From NCBI GenBank assembly GCA_016188145.1, contig JACPIJ010000068.1, positions 1 through 42,278 on the forward strand: DNA of 42,278 nt, in the 5' to 3' direction. This stretch comes from Candidatus Woesearchaeota archaeon (lineage in GTDB: Archaea > Nanobdellota > Nanobdellia > Woesearchaeales > UBA10216). The notes under the pieces were generated by a model. That model did not search any database, was not told where the DNA came from, and saw only the letters and a program-made list of their open reading frames with translations. Both the position numbers and the translations under genes were made by a program. Positions 8,791 through 16,655 of this stretch are shown here, piece by piece. Within the stretch, counting starts at the first letter, position 1; each line of letters begins with the position of its first letter.

Positions 8791-11025
8791 ATGCTTATAC
8801 CTGAATCCTTAGATAAAGCGGTTGCTGCTTGGGAACAGCACCGCGATGCGCAGTTCCCGATTTTCTCAGACATAACAGTAGAGACAGAGCCGAAGAAGGG
8901 CAAGCTAGGGAAAAATCCTAGGCAGCAGGCGCTCTGGTCGTTTTCAACTAACAACAAAAAGATACATGCCTACATCTTCAAGCCAGAGGACATTGAGATG
9001 ATTTTCAGGCAGGTTGTTGTGCCGCTATACGCAAAAGGAGCATACGGCAAGGACATGACTGCATTGCTCAAGGACCCCCAACATTTTGAGGCGTTTCTAG
9101 AGGCTATTGCGTTCCACAACAGCCTCTCCCTGCTAAACCACGAACTGCTCCACCCAGCGGGATGCCCAAACAGCAAGGAAGACGAGGAAAAGATTGACCT
9201 GGCGCTTTACGAAGGTGTAAAGGAGGCAATGCCGCAGCTCGGAGCAAAAGACCTCGTCCAAAAAGCAGGCAACGTAAGAAATTTTGTTTGGGACCACGTC
9301 GATGACCTGTTCCAGTACTACTTCATAACCACTGATACCCCTTACAGGAGAAACCTTGAGTCTGTGCTGGCAGCCAACAGCCACAGCGTAAACGGAACAG
9401 CAATTACCAAATTCCCAGAAGGCATAATTCCACTATTTGACGTTGTATCGGTCGCTTCTTTCAAAACAGCAGGTGCAACAGGCACAGTCCAGACGCCAAG
9501 CGCCCTTTACCCGCTTACAAGGATATTCTACGCTATGCTTTTCTGCGGCGACAGCGAGACCAGAAATGGAATATACGAGCATTTCATGCGAGCCATAAAA
9601 CAGTTCAGAGACCTCGACTACGCACAATTCACAGAGCAAAGGGCAAACAGCTTAATAAAAAAGGCGATGCTTGGCATGGTCTCGGAGCTTGATAGCTCTG
9701 AGCTAAGCGCGAAGGGCATAAGCTATTCGCAGTTTGAGGCCGCTGTTGATGGGATGTTCAAAAACATAGCAAAACCGCAGTACAGCTTACCACACCGTGA
9801 AGTTCTTGAAGGCCTGGCTGCAGTGCTGATGGACAAAGAAACAAGGTACAAAGCCGTAAAGGGCTTCATAAAGCCGCTAGCGCCTTACATTTCAATCCAG
9901 CATTCAGAGGACAGGCACGAGCACGACGACGAGGAAGAAGGAGGTGGAGGAGGGGCAAGCTCTGCCCTTGAAAACCTGCTTGGCCAGCTTCCAAAGGACG
10001 AGGCAAACCAGCTTCTCCAAGACATCGCAAACTCCGGCCAGCCGGCAACGGCAAAAGATGCAAAGCTACAGCTTCAAGCCATTGACGAGCATTACAAGCG
10101 CAACGCCAAAGAAGTAGCATTGAGAAGCCCGAAGCCTGAGGTAACAACAATAGACCTTGGAAAGGTGAAAGAGTGGCAGCCTGTGAGGTCAGAAACAGTA
10201 ACCGAGCAGGAGCTGCGCGACAATTACAACATTGATGCCCTAATAGAGTTTGCAGCAACTACAGGATTACCAGTGCTTCAAAAGCTTGACGAAAACAACT
10301 GGAAAATCAGCTACTTCGAAGAAAAAGAGTTACCGCTTACCTCGTACACTTTTCAAAGCACAGGAATAGAGCTGCCGCGGAATGTTGTCTTCGTTGTTGA
10401 CACGTCAACCAGCATGCTTGAAGGCGCCAGGCTATCGGGCGCATCACTGCAAAGCCAAATAGCAGCCCTTACTTCATCAAGGAATGGAAACCGCTTTGTC
10501 GGAACAGGCAACAAATACGATGCCCTGATGAACGTTGTCTACGGTCTACTGAAGACAATGGACAAGGCAAGCAAGGACTATGGTGCTCCTGTAGAGCTTG
10601 TTACTGTAAATTACTCAGGAACTACTGTGGCTAATGGACCTGTAAGCGTACAGGACGCACTATCACAGGCAGCAAGCCCTGTAAAGACCAACCTGTTAAG
10701 CCCGCAGCTTGGAGTAACAACGCTTGACGCACTAGTACTACAAAGCGTGGAAAAGCAGCTCCAGCCCGGAAAAACGGTCTGGCTGGTATTCTGCGACGGA
10801 GACTTGCGAGGAGTAACTACGCCAGTGTTCCAGCAATTTGCAAAACTTGCTGGGAAGAAGGACAACAGCATCGTCTACTTCCAGCTTTACGACCAGGGAG
10901 GGGCTTTTGGAGGCTTTATGAGCCAACTAGCAGCAGCCAGGCCGAACGTGTCCTATAACCACATAACAGACATGAACCAGGTAACAAAAGCTGCAATGAG
11001 CGTGCTGGTAAAATACGCCAAATGA
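8791..11025 (+). CDS. HExxH putative metallopeptidase-like domain + C-terminal VWA domain with MIDAS motif (DUF2201-like MoxR partner)
   Basis: ATG at 8791 lies 5 nt after the previous stop, so the track start at 8719 (GTG) overlaps gene H. NHELLHP is encoded at 9139-9153. The VWA MIDAS motif is VVFVVDTSTSM (DxSxS at 10399-10413). An acidic/Gly linker (HDDEEEGGGGG) separates the two domains. Confidence 0.8.
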   Translation: MLIPESLDKAVAAWEQHRDAQFPIFSDITVETEPKKGKLGKNPRQQALWSFSTNNKKIHAYIFKPEDIEMIFRQVVVPLYAKGAYGKDMTALLKDPQHFEAFLEAIAFHNSLSLLNHELLHPAGCPNSKEDEEKIDLALYEGVKEAMPQLGAKDLVQKAGNVRNFVWDHVDDLFQYYFITTDTPYRRNLESVLAANSHSVNGTAITKFPEGIIPLFDVVSVASFKTAGATGTVQTPSALYPLTRIFYAMLFCGDSETRNGIYEHFMRAIKQFRDLDYAQFTEQRANSLIKKAMLGMVSELDSSELSAKGISYSQFEAAVDGMFKNIAKPQYSLPHREVLEGLAAVLMDKETRYKAVKGFIKPLAPYISIQHSEDRHEHDDEEEGGGGGASSALENLLGQLPKDEANQLLQDIANSGQPATAKDAKLQLQAIDEHYKRNAKEVALRSPKPEVTTIDLGKVKEWQPVRSETVTEQELRDNYNIDALIEFAATTGLPVLQKLDENNWKISYFEEKELPLTSYTFQSTGIELPRNVVFVVDTSTSMLEGARLSGASLQSQIAALTSSRNGNRFVGTGNKYDALMNVVYGLLKTMDKASKDYGAPVELVTVNYSGTTVANGPVSVQDALSQAASPVKTNLLSPQLGVTTLDALVLQSVEKQLQPGKTVWLVFCDGDLRGVTTPVFQQFAKLAGKKDNSIVYFQLYDQGGAFGGFMSQLAAARPNVSYNHITDMNQVTKAAMSVLVKYAK

Positions 11026-11034
11026 GTGATAAAA

Positions 11035-12174
11035 ATGGCATTTGACCAGCTTACCGAACACCTCGGCAATGAACTCTCTGACCTTGAAGGTAAAGTCTCC
11101 GCAGCAGTCATGGAGCGCCTCGAAGCTTACGACGCCATTACTTCTTCGGAATTCTACCTGCCCGTAATCGACTATTTCTTCCTTGCACACCAGCAAGGAG
11201 GCAAAAGCCACATTGACCTGGCGAGAGAGGTTGGAATTGGAAAGAGCACAGTGAGGAAAATATTTCTTCTTTACGGCTTACCGATAGTTGGCAGGGCAGA
11301 AGCCACCAAAAGAAAACTGGCCGACCCCGATTACCAAAAGAGAGTTGCACAGACCTCAAGGGAAACAATGTACCGGCTGAAGCAGGACCCTGAATTCCGA
11401 AAGAAGCAAGCCGCCGCTAGTAGCGCAGTTTTTCATAATCTTTGGGACAATCCTGAGTTTGCCCAGGAAGTTGCAGAAAGGGGAAGGAAGCAATTTAACG
11501 AAAGGTGGAAGGATGCCGGATTCAGGCAGCGGCAACATGACGGTCTGGAAAAGGAGCTTGAAAAAAGGTGGCACGACCCGGAAGCCAACCCTGCCTTCAG
11601 AGAAAGGTTTGCAGAAACCCATAAAAAATCAACAAGGCAGCTATGGGAAAATCCGCAGTTTAGAAAGAAGATTGCCGAGGCATCAAGGGATGCAAGATAC
11701 CGCCCTGAAGGCCTGAATTCAAGAACGCACATTCCTTCAATTCATGGCTACAGGCGCGACATAGGATTTTACGCACAATCAATGTGGGAGGCAAACCTTG
11801 CAAGGGCATTCATGACCAGCCATGCCAACTTTTCAAGAAGGCAAACATTCCAGTTGAGGGTTCCCGAAGAGCACAGGCAAGCAATTGGCTCAGAAAAAAC
11901 AGATCTCACTGTTGACTTCGCGGTACGTGACCCCAAAACCCACAAGGTGACATTGTATGAGGTAATGGCGCACCCTCTCGAAGCACCTGTAGGCAGGATA
12001 AAACTCGAGCTGCTGCGGCAGCAGTTCCCGCAATTCAGGGTTGTGGCTGTCGATCCAAAATATTACGAAACGTTAAGAAACGAATTTGCCGCAAAAATAA
12101 GCCGTTCGGGATGGCTTTGCGGCTGGGAAACAACAAAGGACAACCTGAGAACAAACCCTGAAAAATACGCGTGA
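11035..12174 (+). CDS. HTH + six tandem ~21-aa repeats + C-terminal PD-(D/E)xK-like (TnsA-N/restriction-endonuclease-fold-like) domain
   Basis: The ATG lies 9 nt after the VWA gene stop. The HTH reads IDLAREVGIGKSTVRKIF. The repeats have consensus [DN]P[EQ]F[RA]xK...LW and span roughly nt 11310-11700. The C-terminus carries SMWEAN ... TVDFAV ... LYEVM, an E / D / E-x-(K replaced by M) pattern. Confidence 0.7.
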   Translation: MAFDQLTEHLGNELSDLEGKVSAAVMERLEAYDAITSSEFYLPVIDYFFLAHQQGGKSHIDLAREVGIGKSTVRKIFLLYGLPIVGRAEATKRKLADPDYQKRVAQTSRETMYRLKQDPEFRKKQAAASSAVFHNLWDNPEFAQEVAERGRKQFNERWKDAGFRQRQHDGLEKELEKRWHDPEANPAFRERFAETHKKSTRQLWENPQFRKKIAEASRDARYRPEGLNSRTHIPSIHGYRRDIGFYAQSMWEANLARAFMTSHANFSRRQTFQLRVPEEHRQAIGSEKTDLTVDFAVRDPKTHKVTLYEVMAHPLEAPVGRIKLELLRQQFPQFRVVAVDPKYYETLRNEFAAKISRSGWLCGWETTKDNLRTNPEKYA

Positions 12175-12313
12175 CAGCCGCGTTGTGGCAGCCGACCTTT
12201 GCAAGTATTTCGTTCTCCTGACTGATTGGTAGTTTGCTGCGGCAGAAGTGGCTTCACTCGCGTTTTTCTGTTTTTTACTAATATTTATAAACCGAACTTT
12301 GGAAATTACTGCA

Positions 12314-12796
12314 ATGGACGTTGAAATTGACATCAGCGAAAACCTCAAAAGGATCGATAAGGACAGCTTTTTGGGAGTTTGCAGCAAGGATAGCGCTTAT
12401 AGCAAAAGCGTCCAATTGCCTTCTTCTGTCAAGAAACGAATCAAAAAGTACCCAAAATTAAGGGCGCAAATTCATGTCGCTCTAATCTATACTCTTATCA
12501 AGGGCGATTTGCCAGCTTACACCTCAATAAAAATCTGTCCAGACGTGAGCAGAAATGCCATACATAACGGCTTGCTCAGCCTCTTCAAGAATAATCCGCA
12601 TTATCGCAAACTTCAAGCAAATGGTAAAATCAAAATAAGTCCAGTTGGTCATGACGAATGTGCTGTTCACGATTATGTCACTATGTTAAAAGCAAAAAAG
12701 TTGGAGCCGACATTTCGAATGACCCTTGAAGAGTTATATGAAATTTTAAATACGTTCAGGCATAGATGTCCTATTGAAACAACAGAAACAGAATAA
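12314..12796 (+). CDS. Hypothetical protein
   Basis: ATG at 12314 lies about 25 nt downstream of TATA-like ATATTTATAAACC, suggesting a leaderless or short-leader start. The longer track ORF starts upstream of that TATA. No motif recognised. The gene looks AT-richer than the cassette. Confidence 0.5.
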   Translation: MDVEIDISENLKRIDKDSFLGVCSKDSAYSKSVQLPSSVKKRIKKYPKLRAQIHVALIYTLIKGDLPAYTSIKICPDVSRNAIHNGLLSLFKNNPHYRKLQANGKIKISPVGHDECAVHDYVTMLKAKKLEPTFRMTLEELYEILNTFRHRCPIETTETE

Positions 12797-13111
12797 GCAA
12801 AGACCGCCCAGTTCAGGGGATTTCGCCGATTTTGCCCTTTGCAGGGGTTCTCCAGCCAGCCTTTGCTATGTATGTGTGTAAGTTTCTTAGTTATATAAAA
12901 CTTACTATGATCAAATATCTATGTTAGATGGAAACAGTAACCTTTAAATAGAACCTGTTGTTTACTTTTTCTGGAAGTTTGGGGTTTTGTTTGGTGGTTT
13001 TTCGTCGCAAATCGGACAATGTCCGATTGCGCATTCCGCTAAAAGCGAAATTGCGTTGTGGCAACTGCGATGTAGATTATTAGCGTCACGATTGTTAACT
13101 TATTTGAAAAG

Positions 13112-13483
13112 ATGAAGGTGAATGGAAAAATGGAACAGCCTGAAGGGCAGCAGATTAACATTGAAGTGCAGAACGGCACAGATTTCTTTGCGGACCAGGT
13201 AAGCGTGAGCCACAACCCGCTCAGGTTCATACTTGATTTCACGAGGACAACGCCAAGGATTGACGGCAGCACGACAGGGCAGCCGAGGCTTGTCATGAGC
13301 CACAATGTCGTAATGATAGACCCTTACCTCGCTTTGGAGTTTGTCAACGTCCTCAAGGACAACATTGCAAAATACGAGAAGCGCCATGGCAAGATAGCAA
13401 GGCCTGGCGCATTGAAAAAGCTTGACGAGGAAGCAAGGAAGGCAGGCAAGTCGGACGCCAAGAAGCAGGAATATTTTGGATAA
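13112..13483 (+). CDS. DUF3467-family protein
   Basis: INIEV...FADQVSVSHNPLRFILDFTR...LKDNIAKYEKRHG resembles the DUF3467 signature as I recall it. An alternative start is ATG 13130, which lies behind an AGGTGA. Confidence 0.7.
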   Translation: MKVNGKMEQPEGQQINIEVQNGTDFFADQVSVSHNPLRFILDFTRTTPRIDGSTTGQPRLVMSHNVVMIDPYLALEFVNVLKDNIAKYEKRHGKIARPGALKKLDEEARKAGKSDAKKQEYFG

Positions 13484-13550
13484 TGTGACCTTTTTGCGAA
13501 ACCACGTCGTGCAAGCACGACGGGTCCCATCGCCATAGGCGATGTGGAAA

Positions 13551-13565
13551 GGTCAATCAAAAAAC
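13551..13565 (+). promoter_or_regulatory. Promoter-like motif GGTCAATCAAAAAAC upstream of the thermosome gene
   Basis: It ends 25 nt before ATG 13590. The same motif lies at 15709-15722, 21 nt before ATG 15743. Variants occur at 18423-18436, 29308-29322, 29341-29355, 34322-34336 and 34355-34368. Confidence 0.55.
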
Positions 13566-13589
13566 GACGATTTCAGGAGGGATGTGAGG

Positions 13590-15224
13590 ATGGCACAGCA
13601 GATACAGCCGATATTTATTTTGCCGGAAGGCAGCCAGAGGACAACCGGAAGGAACGCGCAGCGAGCCAACATAATGGCCGCAAAAGCGGTTTCCGAGACA
13701 GTGAGGACTACTCTTGGGCCTAAGGGAATGGACAAGATGCTCGTCGACAACCTTGGAGACATTGTCATAACAAATGATGGAGTAACGATTCTTGAGGAGA
13801 TGAATGTTGAGCATCCTGCTGCAAAGATGATCGTTGAAGTAGCAAAGACGCAGGAAGACGAGATAGGTGATGGCACAACAACAGCGGTAGTTATAGCAGG
13901 AGAATTGCTGAAAAAGGCAGAGGACCTGCTTGACCAGGACGTGCACCCCACGGTAGTTGTGAGAGGCTACAGGATGGCCGCTGAAAAAGCGCTTGAGGTT
14001 CTCAACAAGATTGCCGAGCCAATCGCTGAAAAGGACACGGCAATGCTTGAGATGATTGCCATGACAGCAATGACTGGAAAGGGCGCTGAGAAGGCAAAGG
14101 AGCAGCTCTCCAAACTGGCTGTGAAGGCAGTCAAGGACGTTGCCGACCTGAAGGATGGCAAGCTCTCTGTAAACAAGGACAACATAAAGATAGAAAAAAA
14201 GGTTGGCGGAGCGGTTGAGGACTCTGAGCTTGTTGAAGGCATAATCCTTGACAAGGAAAAGGTCCATCCGGGAATGGCTGACGTTGTCAGGAATGCCAGG
14301 GTTGCACTGATTGACGTTGCTGTTGAAGTCAAGAGCACAGAGACCGAAGCCAAGATACAGCTCACGGACCCGAACCAGCTGCAGGGCTTCATCGACATGG
14401 AAGAGAAAATCCTCAGGGACAAGGTTGAAAAGATAGCAAAGTCCGGAGCCAATGTGGTGTTCTGCCAGAAAGGCATAGACGACCTTGCCCAGCACTTCAT
14501 GGCAAAGAAAGGAATGTATGCTGCCAGAAGGGTTAGCAAGAGCGACATGGAAAAGCTTGCAAGGGCAACAGGAGCAAAGATAGTCACCAGCCTTGAAGAC
14601 CTGTCTGCTTCCGACCTTGGAGCCTCAGGCGTTGTTGAGGCAAAGAAGGTTGGGGATGAAGACATGACCTTTGTCAAGGAATGCAAGAATGCCAAAGCGG
14701 TTACGCTCCTGATAAGGGGCGGGACAGCGCACGTTGTTGACGAGGTCAAAAGGGCGGTTGAGGACGCAATTGGCGACGTTGCAAGCGCGCTAGCAAGCGG
14801 AAAAGTGGTTGCCGGAGCAGGCGCAACCGAAATAGAGCTCGCACTGCAGCTCAGAAGGTATGCGGGATCGCTATCAGGCAGGGAACAATTAGCGGTAAAC
14901 TCATTTGCAGAGGCAATAGAGATAATCCCAAAAACACTTGCGGAGAACTCGGGGCTTGACCCCATAGACGTCCTTACAGAGCTGAAGAGCCAGCATGACA
15001 AGGGAAGGAAGTGGGCAGGCATAGACGTCTTCACAGGCAAAATAATGGATGCCTGGAAGGAAGGCGTTCTTGAGCCATTAAAGGTAAAGACCCAGGCCAT
15101 AAGTTCAGCAAGCGAAGTTGCAGGAATGATATTAAGAATAGATGATGTCATTGCCTCTGGAAAATCAGAGTCCAGAGGCCCACCAAGCATGCCCGGGCCA
15201 GAGGGAATGGGCGGTGACTATTAG
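13590..15224 (+). CDS. ths: Thermosome subunit (group II chaperonin)
   Basis: The N-terminus is [24 protein letters not shown]. Signature segments [19 protein letters not shown] and GDGTTTAVV are present, and the C-terminus has a GGM-like tail. GGAGG lies upstream of ATG 13590, so the track start at 13542 is an upstream extension. Confidence 0.95.
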   Translation: MAQQIQPIFILPEGSQRTTGRNAQRANIMAAKAVSETVRTTLGPKGMDKMLVDNLGDIVITNDGVTILEEMNVEHPAAKMIVEVAKTQEDEIGDGTTTAVVIAGELLKKAEDLLDQDVHPTVVVRGYRMAAEKALEVLNKIAEPIAEKDTAMLEMIAMTAMTGKGAEKAKEQLSKLAVKAVKDVADLKDGKLSVNKDNIKIEKKVGGAVEDSELVEGIILDKEKVHPGMADVVRNARVALIDVAVEVKSTETEAKIQLTDPNQLQGFIDMEEKILRDKVEKIAKSGANVVFCQKGIDDLAQHFMAKKGMYAARRVSKSDMEKLARATGAKIVTSLEDLSASDLGASGVVEAKKVGDEDMTFVKECKNAKAVTLLIRGGTAHVVDEVKRAVEDAIGDVASALASGKVVAGAGATEIELALQLRRYAGSLSGREQLAVNSFAEAIEIIPKTLAENSGLDPIDVLTELKSQHDKGRKWAGIDVFTGKIMDAWKEGVLEPLKVKTQAISSASEVAGMILRIDDVIASGKSESRGPPSMPGPEGMGGDY

Positions 15225-15283
15225 CGACTATTAGTTCGCTTAACAAACTTTACTTGCGTTTAAGTTCGTTTAAACAGCTATCA

Positions 15284-15303
15284 AGTATACATTAATGTAT
15301 ACT
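15284..15303. repeat. Perfect 20-bp palindrome AGTATACATTAATGTATACT
   Basis: I read it directly. It is self-complementary and lies in the ~520-nt AT-rich non-coding region downstream of the thermosome gene. Confidence 0.9.
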
Positions 15304-15708
15304 GTTAGCTTTATTCGGCTATTTTCAAGCGTCGTTATTAACTTTTTCTTAGTGGTTTGGACCTATAATTAACAAAGTTTAAATAATAGAACCACTTACT
15401 ACTGACATCGGAGAGTTAAATTGGGGTAGTTAACTTTCACCGCATAAGTTTACAAAAATAGGTAAAAAACATTAATTTCGATGTTTATCACAAATATCAC
15501 AACTTAACGTTCCTGCCTCCTGGGCGTAGGCGTTTTGCACACCTCTTTTTCGCTTACGCCTTGGGGCTGGAAACTCTGAATTCTAACAGTTTTATTCGTT
15601 TAATTCTTCTTTTTACTGCTGCAAATTAAAAAAGTTTAAAAACTCAGCATGACCTTTTAGGAAAATGTCACCGGAAAGGTGACATTCTTCGTCTCTAAGA
15701 CGAAGAAA

Positions 15709-15722
15709 GGTCAATCAAAAAC
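15709..15722 (+). promoter_or_regulatory. Promoter-like motif GGTCAATCAAAAAC upstream of the coiled-coil gene
   Basis: See 13551-13565. It is preceded by two perfect hairpins, at 15666-15684 and 15685-15707. Confidence 0.55.
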
Positions 15723-15742
15723 TACGAAAAGAGTGTGCTGTT

Positions 15743-16183
15743 ATGAGTGTTGAACGCATTGTGGGGCCCTCAAGCTCAAGGCCTGCTTCTGAGAAGGAGG
15801 CGCTGAAAGACAGCGTTGAAGAGCTAATCATGGTTGTGAGGACTCTTGTTGACGTTTTCGAAAAGGCAAAGGACGAGATAAAGGCAGAGCCGACCCAGCA
15901 GGTGCTTATGAAGCTCGATGAGCTTACCATTTACAACAAGCAGCTCATTGAGCAAAACAGGGAGATACTCCAGCAAACAGGCAAAGCGCTTCAGCAGAAC
16001 AAAGACATGGCGCATTCGCTTCTTACGCTTCTGGACCTTCACAGGGAGCATTTGCCGGAGATAGCGAAGCACACAAGGCTTTCATCAGAGATTAGAAGAA
16101 TGCCCCCTCCTGCATTCCCTGGCGCACCATTTTCGAGAACCAGGCATTTGAGGCAGCCGGGCAATCCTTTGCAGCAGCCATGA
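15743..16183 (+). CDS. Hypothetical coiled-coil protein
   Basis: ATG lies 21 nt after the promoter-like motif GGTCAATCAAAAAC. The sequence is heptad-rich with a Pro-rich tail. No family recognised. Confidence 0.5.
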   Translation: MSVERIVGPSSSRPASEKEALKDSVEELIMVVRTLVDVFEKAKDEIKAEPTQQVLMKLDELTIYNKQLIEQNREILQQTGKALQQNKDMAHSLLTLLDLHREHLPEIAKHTRLSSEIRRMPPPAFPGAPFSRTRHLRQPGNPLQQP

Positions 16184-16431
16184 GCGTCTTTAGGTGAGCA
16201 CTGCCATGTTTTCAAGCCCTTTAGCGCACTATTTCAGGCACGCCCTGTTGGCCTACCATGAAAGCGGCGGGAATCTCAGGCACAGGCTTCTTGCAAGGAG
16301 GGAACTGAATTCCCTGGAAGCCTCATGCTTGAAACTGCAGATGGAGCACCCCAGGCATCCGAAGATTCCGGTTCTGATTGAGCGGATAAGAAGCATGAAG
16401 GCGTCGCTCTGAACCTGTAACTGCGCCTATT

Positions 16432-16623
16432 CTATAAGTCCCTGCCCATTAGCGTTCTTCTGTTGTTTGCCCTTGCCCGCTCTACCGCTTCCTCAACCAT
16501 TTTTTTGACTTTGGCATTTATTGCCGGGAGAAAATCCTCTGAAAGGTTGTTGACAGAGCAGCCCTTTTGCCTGCTTATCTCTTTTACGGCAGCCGATATG
16601 TTTGTTTTTACTACGAGCCCCAT
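16432..16623 (-). CDS. Small histone-fold-like (DUF1931-like) protein
   Basis: The sequence is MGLVVKTNISAAVKEI...NLSEDFLPAINAKVKKMVEEAVERARANNRRTLMGRDL. I started it at the internal Met because the 93-aa track ORF overlaps the GluRS 3' end. Confidence 0.5.
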   Translation of the reverse strand: MGLVVKTNISAAVKEISRQKGCSVNNLSEDFLPAINAKVKKMVEEAVERARANNRRTLMGRDL

Positions 16624-16655
16624 TTTTATCACCGTCCAAAAAAATCTGGTTGAAT

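Noticed and set aside
13557-15190. Long antisense ORFs (312 aa and 407 aa, plus 132 aa) on the minus strand across the thermosome gene
   Set aside because: They completely overlap an unmistakable thermosome CDS. Their translations are low-complexity Ser/Ala/Leu-rich strings typical of the antisense frame of a GC3-biased gene, and they have no start context.
15225-15742. Replication origin call for the AT-rich region
   Set aside because: I could not recognise any ORB-like consensus repeats, and no orc1/cdc6 gene is adjacent. It is kept only as a low-confidence possibility within a finding.
16194-16412. 72-aa ORF (GTG start, ATG at 16206) after the coiled-coil gene
   Set aside because: It has no recognisable motif, SD or promoter. 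It may be real, since it is helical and basic, but I cannot support it from sequence alone.
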